Positions 51,272-61,938 of a stretch of DNA of 64,000 nt are shown one piece after another. Both the position numbers and the translations under genes were made by a program. This stretch comes from an uncultured delta proteobacterium (GTDB lineage: Bacteria > Desulfobacterota > WTBG01 > CAIYCZ01). Under the pieces are notes generated by a model. It saw only the letters and a program-made list of their open reading frames with translations, was not told where the DNA came from and made no database searches. Each line of letters opens with the position of its first letter. Positions within the stretch are counted from its first letter, which is position 1. The DNA lies in the NCBI GenBank assembly GCA_963803975.1, contig CAWDOY010000048.1:1-64000 (forward strand), read 5' to 3'.

Positions 51272-53557
51272 TTAACTTGTCTGAATCATTTCTTTAAGTA
51301 TTTTGACTGTCTGTTTGGCTGCATCTTCCGGCTTTAAGCCTTTGTTGGAGATACCGCACACCACCTTGACAATATCGTGGTCACATTTTTTATCAGCCCA
51401 GACCTGTGCTTTGGGCGCTGCGATATACACTGAAAACGCATTCTGGCCGGTCCCCGGTCGCTCGCCGATGATGTGCAGCACAATCCGTTTTTTAGCGGGG
51501 TCGGATTTTTCGAACAGGATGTTGCCAACCTCGATAACCGGCCCGCACGCGGCCGCTGGTCACGAGAATATTTTTTTCATCAACCGTTAAGCCGGCTTCC
51601 TGCAGGTCTTTCTTCACCGCAGTGAGGTATGTTACGACCTGGCCTTCGCTCATGATTGCATTGGCATTTAACCCGTCAGAGATGACAATCTGCACATCCG
51701 GGTCTTTGCCTGCCCACGAATCCCGCAGCTTTTCAAGGGTTGCAACCGACTGCTCGTTCAGCTTTTCACCGGTGGGGGGCTGCACAATATAGTTTTCCCG
51801 GTCCTTTGCCTGAGTGGCAACCTGCACTGCATTGGGAACCGTCTTGATAAACTCAGGGGTAAATTCCGCCCATATTGATTTCTTGCCGTCGTCGTACAGC
51901 TCCCGCACTTTTTTATCCAGTTCCGGGTTCAGATCCCAGATGTTTTTGCCATACCCGGCAGCAAGCGCTACCCGCTGGCCGGTCTTCAGCCAGGTGCCAT
52001 AGATATCATCAAACTTCTGTTTGCCTTCGGCATATATTTCCTGTTCAGAGCGTTTATCGCCTTTGGCTGCGCAGTACTGATAATAAACCCAGATGGGGTC
52101 TCCGAAGTGCTTTGTTGGTTTGCCGTTCTTATCAATGATCTGGATTCGTTTATAGAATTCCCACATGGCATCATTGATTTTATAGCCGAATTTTTCCCGT
52201 ATGCGCACATGATCCTGAAACGCAGTGGTCAGATAGCCCAGCATGGGGTCATTCCTGGTGGGAAGGGCCATGATATAGGCGGGATTTGCCGGCATAATCT
52301 GATCCTGGCACCACTCCAGATCATCGAGGCTCACCGACATGTGCAGGGTTGAGCAGATATCAAGGCCTATGGCAAGCCCGTGCAGTTTACCCATGGCTAT
52401 ATCTTCCAGGCAGCAGCGCACCAGCTGCTCTCTGGTTCTGAAAACTTCCGGCCCGATGAAACCGGCAACATCGTTGACGTGTGTCCAGGCGCCCTTGGGC
52501 TGGACTTTCCCCAGGCCGTTTTTAATCGCCCGGGAAAATCCGTACTTGCGGGATTCAAGCACGACCATGTCCACCCCTTCGGCTGTTCCATTGGTGAAGT
52601 CAGCACCCTGGCCGGTCTCAAAATACATCCCGTAGCGCTGCCCTTTGCGTGATTTTGCATGGTCAATCATCTTGTCCACGCTGATGTCAAACACCTTGTT
52701 GGCCGCATCAGTTCCTGCCAGGCTCTGGAACATAATGGCAACCAGCTCCGGGTTTTTGTCGGCAACGGCCCGCTGCACGTCAACATGGGCCAGCACACAC
52801 CAGGGAATAATATCTTTAAGGCCAAAGGTATCCACCACATCCTTGAGGGTTTTTTCCACCCGGGCAGTACTTTCCACGGTTCCATCTACCGGGTTTGTGC
52901 CGATGACTATATCGCCCACCGCATAGGAGAAGCCGTCAAATGTCTGCCAGCGAATTTCCTCGGGATCATCAGTGGCAGAATTTGGCTGGATGCGGGCGCT
53001 CATGTACCCTTTTGCGCCGATTTTGCTGCCGGGCAGCGGATTAAAAATCTTTTGCCCAACTGCAATCAGCTCCTGATTGCTCATGAGCTTGACCACACAG
53101 GCTATTACATCACTATCAAGGCCCGGCATGATTGCCTTGATCTCTTTTTCCGGTTTGGTCAGGATAAATGTTTTTAGCTTTCCAATAGTCCAGCTTTTTA
53201 TCTTCTCGTACTGTGCTGCGTCTGTTGTTTTCCAGATTCCTTTCTGCAGGGTATCCTCCAGAAGGGGGCGCTCATGCAGGTCTTTTATTTTGGTGTTTGC
53301 AAGCAGCTTCCGGGCATTCTCCCTGCTCACTTCATCATCAGCTCCCACGCCGATTGTTTTATCTCCCTCCTTGAAGGCATTTGCCGCACCGACTATTTGC
53401 TTATACAGTGTCGGGTCAAATGAACCCTTGACCTGCTGAATATATTGAAAGATATCTTCTCCGGGTTTTACATCCTTAATGGTTATGGCGCTGCAGTAGG
53501 TACTCAAGCAAAAGATACCAATGGCGATCAGTGCTGCTATATAATGTGTCGTTTCAT
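51272..53557 (-). CDS. eutBC: Fused ethanolamine ammonia-lyase EutB-EutC with apparent N-terminal signal peptide; frameshifts near 53540 and 51535
   Basis: EutB motifs ANAFKEGD, ARIQPN, GTNPV, FQSLAGT, YFETGQG, VNDVAGFIGPE, LED..MGKLHGL and DPMLGY; EutC motifs PDVQIVISDGL, GRVRAG and IIGERPG. SD GGAGGG then ATG at 53557. Confidence 0.88.
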
Positions 53558-53652
53558 ACTCAATACCCTCCTGAACATAGCAATTATTTAATTAAATAGT
53601 ATAGAAAACTTCCGTTACAATTTTATTGCATGCCAGTTTGCATTTCTCTGTT

Positions 53653-54048
53653 TTAGTGCAGCAAAGTGGGCGAGATATACGTACCACCCTTTAAAACTTC
53701 CTCCACTGCTGCAAGGAGGTCGGTGGCTGCCATTCGCTTGAGCACGAAACCTTTCGCCCCTGTCGCAAGGCATTCATTCACCACTGTCTGTTCGTCATGA
53801 ACGCTCAGGATGATGGACTTGAGTTCCGGATTCAATCTCTGCAGCAGCCTGACAACGTTTTCCCCCGAAGATATTGGAAATGACAGATCTGCAATGATGA
53901 GATCAAACTGGGTACCGGTTACGGCTTCAGTAAGAGAGTGCTCGTCTGCTACCATGAGCATCGTGCACATCGTTTCCTTAAAAATAAGACGAACGACACC
54001 CACAAATGTTGGATGGGTATCGGCAAGCAGGATTCGTTCTGACAGCAT
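53653..54048 (-). CDS. Stand-alone response regulator receiver protein
   Basis: ILLADTH, DLIIADLS, LSVHDE and GAKGFVLK; no output domain. Confidence 0.85.
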   Translation of the reverse strand: MLSERILLADTHPTFVGVVRLIFKETMCTMLMVADEHSLTEAVTGTQFDLIIADLSFPISSGENVVRLLQRLNPELKSIILSVHDEQTVVNECLATGAKGFVLKRMAATDLLAAVEEVLKGGTYISPTLLH

Positions 54049-54193
54049 GGATCAACCTAACTGTTTCTATACCGGTGAACCATCAACGGGAGATAGTATC
54101 TGCAAGCGTATAGGGGGGAGTATAGAACAACAGGGTAAAAGGTCAACTAGGAGAAGTCCTAGTTTTGCGGAATATTTTTACTGGGTGAGAGAA

Positions 54194-54835
54194 TCAGGGC
54201 TCTGCAATGCCCTGCTTCACAGCGTACCGGACCAGTTCTGCCGTTGTTTTGATTCCGAGGTCTTCCATCATCCGGTACTTATGGTATTCTACGGTTTTTA
54301 TTGATATGTTTAAAATGGAAGCAATTTCTTTTACAGAATGACCCTCTGCAAGCAACTGCAGCACCTCACGCTGCCGCGAAGAAAGGCAGAGGGACGCATC
54401 GGTCCGCGATTTGGGTCCAGATTTGCAGGAATGCAGGAGTTTTCCGGCAATCAGGGGTGTTATATAAATTCTTCCCTTGAGCGCCTCCTGGATGGCTGCG
54501 ATAAGTTCATCGGGGGCGGAGTGCTTTAGAACATAGCCCGAGCCGCCTGCATTGAGGGCGTTAACCGCATAGGCCACATCGGGATGCATCGTGAGAAATA
54601 CCACCTTGATCCCCGGATGCCTTTTTTTTATCTGCCGTACGGCTTCTATGCCATTGAGAAGCGGCATGGATATATCGGCAACGATAACATCGGGCTGGAG
54701 TTTTTGGGCAGCAGCTACAAGTTCACGACCGTCCTCAACGACACCGGAGATGTCAAAGTCCGCGCAGAGCAATCTCTTCAGCCCTTCAACGAAGATTTTA
54801 TGGTCGTCAGCTATCAGCAGCCGCGGCTTGTTCAT
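54194..54835 (-). CDS. NarL/LuxR-family DNA-binding response regulator
   Basis: ADDH, DISMP and LSSRQREVLQLLAEGHSVKEIA..LNISIKTVEYHK. Confidence 0.95.
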   Translation of the reverse strand: MNKPRLLIADDHKIFVEGLKRLLCADFDISGVVEDGRELVAAAQKLQPDVIVADISMPLLNGIEAVRQIKKRHPGIKVVFLTMHPDVAYAVNALNAGGSGYVLKHSAPDELIAAIQEALKGRIYITPLIAGKLLHSCKSGPKSRTDASLCLSSRQREVLQLLAEGHSVKEIASILNISIKTVEYHKYRMMEDLGIKTTAELVRYAVKQGIAEP

Positions 54836-56520
54836 GTGCTTCCCCTAACGGAATGAAGATTTGAATTTCAGTGCCTTTCCCCGGATTTGATTCAACGGCA
54901 ATTGTGCCGTTAACGTGTCGCACCCGTTCTCTCATACTGGACAGACCAATTCCTGCGTTCTGTTTTGCCTTTTTTAAGTCGAATCCGATCCCCTTGTCCT
55001 GTATCAAAAGGCGGATGCCGCCGGAGATGCCATGGAGGTTGATGGAAGCGGCTGTCGCACTTGCGTGTTTAGCAATATTCTGAAGACCTTCCTGGATTAT
55101 CCGGTAAAGGCAAAGCGCCAGGTGCTGGGGAATTAAACCCGGGAGATCAAGTGGTGTGAAGGACAAATCAATGCCGGTTTTTTTGGTAAAGGTGCTGCAT
55201 TCCGCCTGCACAGCCTGAACCAGTCCCAGGTCATCGAGGATGGATGGATGAAGCCGGCGTGACAAGCCATGGACATCGTCGGCCAGATCAGTCAGATTGA
55301 TCCTCAGGGCCTTGAGGGCCTGAACAGTCTGAGGGTCCACAGGGCTCAATTGTTTTTCAATCAGCGCCGCTTCCAGTGCCAGTGCTGCAAGCCTTTGTGT
55401 CAGATCGTCATGGAGCTCCCGGGAAAGCCGCCTGAGCTCTTCTTCCTGGGCGTAGATAATTCTTCCGGTGAGTTCGCTGAGATCCTGTTCATTGCGCCGC
55501 AGGGCATCCTCTACCTTCTTGCGCTCGCTGATGTCCAGGGACACGCCCATCATGCTGAGTGGGTTCCCCGGCGTGGTTCGCTGCAGCTGGCCGCGGGAGG
55601 CGATCCAGCGGACAGTCCCGTCGGCCCTCAGGACACGGTACTCGATGGTAAAATCTGTTTCTGTCTGCATGGCCTGCTGAATGGTCTGGTGAATCCGTTC
55701 GCTATCCTCGGGATGGATACACTGCAGGAAGCTCTCGTACTGCAATTCATCGTGCGGGAGAAAGCCGAACAGCTCACGTGTTTTGCCGGTGGCCCAGACC
55801 TGTCCGGTATCCAGTGACATACTCCACATGCCTGCGTTTGCTGATGCCGCAGCAAGGCTCAGTCGCGCCTCACTTTCTCTCAATTCCAGTTCAGACATTT
55901 TCCGGCTGAGCGCATTAGCAGAAAATCTGGGAGATAAGGCTTAATTGCGTTACCATCGCCTGCGGCCATTCCCGCTCTTCCCGCATCATGGCGAAGGTTA
56001 TACAGCCTATGACTGCGCCTCCTACCACAAGGGGAATTATTGCGTCGGCCTTTGTTCCAAAACGTCTTATCATCTCGGCATCATGGCTCGCCTCCGGGGG
56101 GAGCTCTTCAAGCCTTGAAAAGAGAACCGTTTTGCCATGCTGGAAGACCTGGTTGAAGAGCCAGGGGAAATCCGTTGTTACTTCCAGTTGTATTTGAACC
56201 GGGGAGCCATCAGATGCCTGCGCTGTCCATTTTCCGTTTAACGAAAAGCTGGTATTTGCAGGTTTTATAATAGTCTGAACATCCTCATGCTCGTAAATGT
56301 GAGTGAACACATATCTGCCGGGCTCATGCTTAAGCTGCTGCCATATGGTAGACCGGTCGATGCCGAAGAATTCACAGATTCTGCGCTGGGCAGCCTCGAT
56401 TTCTTGATCAATCCGTTCAGCGGGGAGGTTGATAAAGTGAGTGGAAATTTCGGCCAGCAGCGTTTCGAAACGCAAGCGGTCTTCGAGTTCTGCGAGAAGT
56501 TTGGTTTCTAATTCAGACAT
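54807..56520 (-). CDS. Cytoplasmic GAF-PAS sensor histidine kinase (HisKA_3), frameshift near 55920
   Basis: GAF-like N-terminal part (ORF 55915-56520); PAS (IHPED, EYRV..DG..RWI); RELHDDL, QEGLQNIAKH, DKGIGFD and GIGLSSMRER. Confidence 0.85.
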
Positions 56521-56729
56521 TCGGTAATTCCATTATAATGAGCTAACGTAAAATAGCAGCTGGCTTCCCGAGATTAAGAGCCTGATCTCTACAACAGGAA
56601 TTTATAAATCTAAGGACGCAGGCATTGAAGATGGCATTTGTATATATATATCATTTCATATCACAACCTTCCAGCGATGCATATGAAATGTCAAAATAGC
56701 ATTCCAGCTTTGACCCGCGCCACGATCGC

Positions 56730-58190
56730 ATGCGTCTTTTTTATGGTCGGGCGGTTGCCGGGTGGATCGTCAATCTAAGGAAGCTGGGCCGACTGCAGCC
56801 GGAAACGCGTGCAGTTCTGGGTGAGACCTTCCGCACGTCAATAAAAAACGGTCCGCGGCTTGCAGACCCCAACACGTACGCGGAGTTGATGATTGCCGCG
56901 GAGACGGATGTGAGCGAGCTGCGCAGCCGGAGCATGCGCCGCGGCATCGGCGCGCCGTTTATCGGCTGGAACGAGAACCGGAAGGCCAGCAGTCAGGACC
57001 GGTACTTTCCTCTGGTGGGCCTGGCCCAGGCGCTGAGCGCAGTGGCGTTGTTTTCCAATACGCAGGATGGCAGCAGGAAGGTTGAGCTGGCACTCTACGA
57101 TTCTCTCGCTCAGGAGACGGTTGAAATAGACGGGGCCGCGATTCCTTTGGCGGCCGATTTCACTGCCGCTTTCGCTTACCAGATATCAAAATCCCAGCTG
57201 CAGCGCTTCAACCTGATTCACACCCTGGATATTGAAGCCGGACTGCGTGCCACCGGCTTTTACATGCTGCAGCCATTTGATCCCGATAAGATACCGCTTA
57301 TAACCGTGCACGGGCTGTTCTCCAGCCCGCTCAACTGGGTGGACGTGACCAACGATCTGCTGGGAGACGCGGAGATCCGCGCCAATTACCAGATCTGGCA
57401 CTTCTTCTATCCTCCCGGGCTGCCGATCCTCATTTCGGCCAGCATGTTCAGGGACAAGATTGACGAGTTGTTCCGCACCTTCGATCCTGACCACCGCAAC
57501 CCTAAAATGGATGACGTGATTGTACTGGCCCACAGCATGGGCGGGCTGTTGACCCGTACGGCGGTTTCAGAAAGTCATGACGCGCTGTGGCTGAAAATGT
57601 TCGGCAAGACGGAACGCGAGCTGTCTTTGCCGGCTGACCTCGGTGCCGAGCTGAACAAACTGCTCAACTTCAGACGCAGGGAGTTCATTAAACGGGTCAT
57701 CTTTGTGGCGGTGCCGCATCGCGGCAGCAAGATGTCCAAGGAGCTGATCGGCCGCATCGGCCGCAGCCTGGTGAAACTGCCGGCGCTGATCGTCCAGAAT
57801 CTTAATCAACTCCGCAGCCGTCTGGAAAAGTTCATCGAGCCGCAGTCGCTCACGGCCCTGGTGTCTCCGGAACAGCTGAACAGCATTCGCGGCCTCTCCC
57901 CGGATAGCGCCCCGATTCAGGCGCTCTCCAGGATTGCGATTGACCGCGGGGTGAAGTTTCATTCGATTATCGGCACGGAAAGCAAGACCGAAGACGGCGA
58001 GCCCTTCGACGGCGTGGTGACGTACTCAAGCGCTCACCTGGAGGGTGCCGTATCTGAGCTGACAGTGCCCTGCGATCACTCAGCGCACACTAATCCGCTG
58101 GTCATTCTCGAGATTGAGCGCATTCTCAGGCTGCATCTGCGCGAATACGAGGCGCGCACAGGAAAGAATGGGGGAAAACCTTTATCTTAA
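56730..58190 (+). CDS. Alpha/beta-hydrolase paralogous to 17665-19548, apparently lacking its N-terminus and signal peptide
   Basis: PFDPDKIPLITVHG, AHSMGG, VPHRGS, DGVVTYSSAHLEG and CDHS. Confidence 0.8.
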   Translation: MRLFYGRAVAGWIVNLRKLGRLQPETRAVLGETFRTSIKNGPRLADPNTYAELMIAAETDVSELRSRSMRRGIGAPFIGWNENRKASSQDRYFPLVGLAQALSAVALFSNTQDGSRKVELALYDSLAQETVEIDGAAIPLAADFTAAFAYQISKSQLQRFNLIHTLDIEAGLRATGFYMLQPFDPDKIPLITVHGLFSSPLNWVDVTNDLLGDAEIRANYQIWHFFYPPGLPILISASMFRDKIDELFRTFDPDHRNPKMDDVIVLAHSMGGLLTRTAVSESHDALWLKMFGKTERELSLPADLGAELNKLLNFRRREFIKRVIFVAVPHRGSKMSKELIGRIGRSLVKLPALIVQNLNQLRSRLEKFIEPQSLTALVSPEQLNSIRGLSPDSAPIQALSRIAIDRGVKFHSIIGTESKTEDGEPFDGVVTYSSAHLEGAVSELTVPCDHSAHTNPLVILEIERILRLHLREYEARTGKNGGKPLS

Positions 58191-58269
58191 TAAAGTGTCT
58201 TTCAACAACTATGAAATGTCAAAATAAAGACCCGTACTCCACTCGCCCGTAATATACTATCAGCCTAAC

Positions 58270-58307
58270 AAAAAGAGCAGGGCCATTAACTCGACTCTGC
58301 TCTTTTT
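58270..58307. terminator. Bidirectional terminator between convergent genes
   Basis: AAAAAGAGCAGGG...ACTCTGCTCTTTTT. Confidence 0.7.
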
Positions 58308-58406
58308 GTCTATAAAAATGATTGTCGATATTATTGTGGTTGCTGACAAGTCACAAAAATTACAGACTTCTACTATTTGCCGCTTTATTTACCCCGCCTC
58401 ATTAAA

Positions 58407-58706
58407 TTATTTATTAAATATACTAAAGAACTTATCAAGCCCGCTCTTTTCCAGTTTTGCCACAGTGTTAAGTTCTCCCGCATCAAGCCAGATCCCTTCA
58501 CATTCAGAACACTCATCTATCTTTATTCCTTTATAATCAATCTCTATCAGTTCCATTCCGCACTTGGGACATTGCATATAATGAAGTTTTTTCAGCCTTT
58601 GCTTTTCTTCTTCTGCAAGTCTCTTGTGCTTTTCTTCCTCAATCTTCTTCTTTTTTTCAAACTCCATTCTTGCAATATACTCGTCCTCTGTTTTAGTTGG
58701 TATCAT
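58407..58706 (-). CDS. zf-TFIIB-type zinc ribbon protein
   Basis: CPKCG..L and IDECSECEGIWLDAGEL. Confidence 0.88.
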   Translation of the reverse strand: MIPTKTEDEYIARMEFEKKKKIEEEKHKRLAEEEKQRLKKLHYMQCPKCGMELIEIDYKGIKIDECSECEGIWLDAGELNTVAKLEKSGLDKFFSIFNK

Positions 58707-59056
58707 TGATAGTACCTCCTTGTTTTGTTAAAAAGGGATTTCAGGATATATGATGCTTATTTATGACTGTACATTACATTATCGCTTTTCTTCATTGAGC
58801 AGAACTTTATACAGCAATGAAAGAAATGTCAATGCGCCTTTACCTGTGCAGACATTGTGTGGGAGATTAAAGGAATAAAACTGCAGACTATGTATCAACA
58901 CCCTGCGAAGTCGTTCAAGTTAACTCACTTCAGACTATAACATGATGTATTCTTTGGGTCTGCGGAAAATAACACGACGATTGTAAAAATATAAAAAACA
59001 GGGGTAAATAGAATGAGGGCCCCTGCTTTTAATTGGTTTTTATGTTGAGAACGCAT

Positions 59057-60113
59057 TTAGCCTCCGCCATCTCCCTCCATCCATGCATCAAGCAGTTTGT
59101 GGGCAACAGCCAGAACCACCGGACCGACGAAAAGTCCGATCAGCCCGAAAGACATCAGCCCGCCGACTACACCGATAAAAATAAGCAGCAGCGGCAAATC
59201 GGCGCCTCTTTTGATGAGAATCGGCCTCAGGACGTTGTCCAGTGTCCCGACAATGAGGGTGTAAACCAGAAGGAATATCCCCATGCCCGTGCTGCCGCTC
59301 CAGAAAAGCCACAGCGTGGCCAGTCCAAGCACCGGCACCACGCCGATTTGGGAAATGGAAAGTATTAACATCACCGCCGTAAGGATGGCGGCAAACGGCA
59401 CGCCGGCAATCAGCAGGCCCAGACCTCCCAACACCGACTGGGCCAGGGCCGTAACAACAATGCCCAACGACACGCCGCGCACGGCCTGACCGGCAAGCCG
59501 GACCGCATTTTCACCGTGCAGCCCTGCCAGACGACGCCCAAAACATAAAACACGATCGGCAGCTGCCTCGCCGTTGGCATACAGGATAGCGGCTATCAGC
59601 ACCGTGAGTAAAAATTCCACCAGCAGTTTACCGAACCCGCCCACCTGGGCCACAAACCACTTGATTAAATCGCCGGCATAGGGACCGATCGTGGCGGCAA
59701 TCTCCTGGATTCCTTCCCGGGCAGTCTTCTCCCAGACAGCCACCAACTTGTCCGCCGATAAACGGCAGCTTGGCCACCCATGCCGGATGAGGGGGAATTT
59801 TAAACGTTTCGAACGCTTTGACCCAAACAATGATTTCGTCGGTATTGGAAATGATCGTGCCGATGGCCATTGAGAGCGGTACGACCAGTACGCACAGCAG
59901 AACGATCGTCATGACCGCAACCGCCAATGAGCGTTTGTGCCACAGCCGATTCTGAAGCGTGATCATCAGGGGCCACGTTGCCACCACAATGGTTGTCGCC
60001 CAGACCGTAGCCCCCAGAAACGGCCGCAGAATCCATAAGCATGACCCGATAAGGGCCACGATAAAAATTACGCTCAGCAAACTTCGCGTCAAATCATTAT
60101 GCGCTTCGGTCAT
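59057..60113 (-). CDS. AI-2E family transporter (YdiK-like), frameshift near 59740
   Basis: WILRPFLGATVWATTIVVATWP, GVSLGIVVTALAQ and DNVLRPILIKRGADLP. Confidence 0.85.
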
Positions 60114-60485
60114 GTTGCCATACTCCGGGCCGCTTGATAGGAATTCATTTTTATTGATAGGAACTCGCTTTCGGATGAAGGAACTATAGGCCGCTGACTT
60201 ATTGTGTGTCAATAAAAATTCCGCAGCAAGATATGAAGAGGGGTTAACCGGACAAATACCAACATCTCGTGGTGGGCATTAACCGCTGAAACTGCCGACT
60301 ATGTATCATTTCTGCGAGAAGTCATTAAACATTAACTCGATTGCAGACTATACCATGCATGCTTAATAAAAGTATGAATGGGTTGCACAGATCTGGTCAT
60401 GACGCTTCACAGCAGAAGTATTCTGTTTTTGTGAAGAACCGGTAACCTCCCGGCCAGGAACGCACTGCCGTGTCAGCCAGTGCGC

Positions 60486-60815
60486 TCACTCGACGTCAAC
60501 CAGCACGTATTCGGTACCTGAAATCATGTAGTATTCCCCGTCGCATTCCCACAGGGTGGTGTCTTCTATTATGACCGTCGTGCAGTCAGGAGGCAGCGTA
60601 TCAACGTAAGTGGAAGTTTCGACAATGCTGCGTCTCGCCGTGCGCCGCGCCACCCCTGCAACGCTCACCGGCGTTCGAGGACGCCCCACTCTGGCCTCGG
60701 CAGACGAGATGAGGCCGTGTACGCCGGGGATCGGGCGCTGCTCTCCAAGTTCGAGTGCAAAAGCGCCGATGATCCCGGCCATCAAGAAGATCCCTAATCG
60801 CTTAGACAAAGTCAT
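60486..60815 (-). CDS. Small exported hypothetical protein
   Basis: ARVGRPRTPVSVAGVARRTARR followed by LPPDC..V; overlaps the upstream DUF2092 stop. Confidence 0.7.
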   Translation of the reverse strand: MTLSKRLGIFLMAGIIGAFALELGEQRPIPGVHGLISSAEARVGRPRTPVSVAGVARRTARRSIVETSTYVDTLPPDCTTVIIEDTTLWECDGEYYMISGTEYVLVDVE

Positions 60816-61625
60816 TTTCTACCTCCTACCGCAAAGATATTAGGCAATTCATCAATGTCGGGGAGATCTGTCAGATCCATCTTTTTGGCGTTTGTTGTAT
60901 TCTTGAAGCTAAAATTCTCGGACCCAACCTCGTTGCCGGTTTTCCAATCCCTGACCGTGATGCTGTATTGCGGCGCCTGCGCAACCCTGGTGCTGGTGAT
61001 GACATAGCGGCAAGGATAGGGACGGCTTCCCTGAGCAATCCAGATCTCCCAGTCAACTTCTTTCGTTCGAAAGGCGAGGTGATCGCATTCGACGCCGCCG
61101 ATCACGCCGGAGCCGAGGTCCTTTACGTTGACTACGGTAGCCATGAGTTTGCCGTAGACATTCGACACCAGTAAATCTGCGCCAGGCACGGGCCTCCCCT
61201 TTTTCCGCAACTCGTCGATCAGATGATCGATCGTGCCGGGCACTGCGAGCTGACCATAGACGTTTGCTGTCTTGCCGAGCAGCGTAATTGTTTTCCCATC
61301 AAAAAGAAACTCGACATCTGCAAACCCGCCGGTGCGCGTGGCGCGAAGCTTGTCAGGCCGATTGAGCGTGGCTTTTCCCGAACTCGCCAGCCCGAGCTTC
61401 TGATGGTCTTTGGTGACAATCTCGAGGATGGTATCGTATTGGAACGATATGGCCTTCTGCGCAGCCAGGTAATCAGACATGGCCTTGAACAGCTTCCTGG
61501 CGTCTGCCTCATCGGCTCGCGCGTCTGAGGGTGCGCCCAAGCCAACTATCATGCACAACACCACGGCGGATAGGTTCGCCACAGGAGAACTTGAGAAATT
61601 TACGGGCTGTCTTCTTCATCTGCAT
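60812..61625 (-). CDS. DUF2092 family exported protein; N-terminal frameshift
   Basis: SD AAGGAG and ATG at 61625; KAMSDYL, RPDKLRATRTGGF, PGADLL and CDHLAFR..EVDWEIWI. Confidence 0.82.
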
Positions 61626-61938
61626 GCTCCTTTTTTGAAGGAACTTTTATTGATATAATATTGAGAGGAACTCCCTTTAGGATGAGGCAAGCATAAGACT
61701 GGAGTGGTTGTGTGTCAATAAAAAATCGGCGCGCGGTATGGGCAGGGTTGTTGTCGTGCACAGAAATCAAAAGCTTGTTGTGAAAGTGAAAAACAGAAAA
61801 CTGCTTTCCTTTGACCTGCAACACAAAAGAAAAAATGAAACATTACCTGCTGATTAAGTCAAACCTTTATGCTATAAAAAGTTTCTTAAGAGCGATTTCA
61901 ATCTTTTGACAAAACGCAACGCAATGAAAGGAGCTGTT

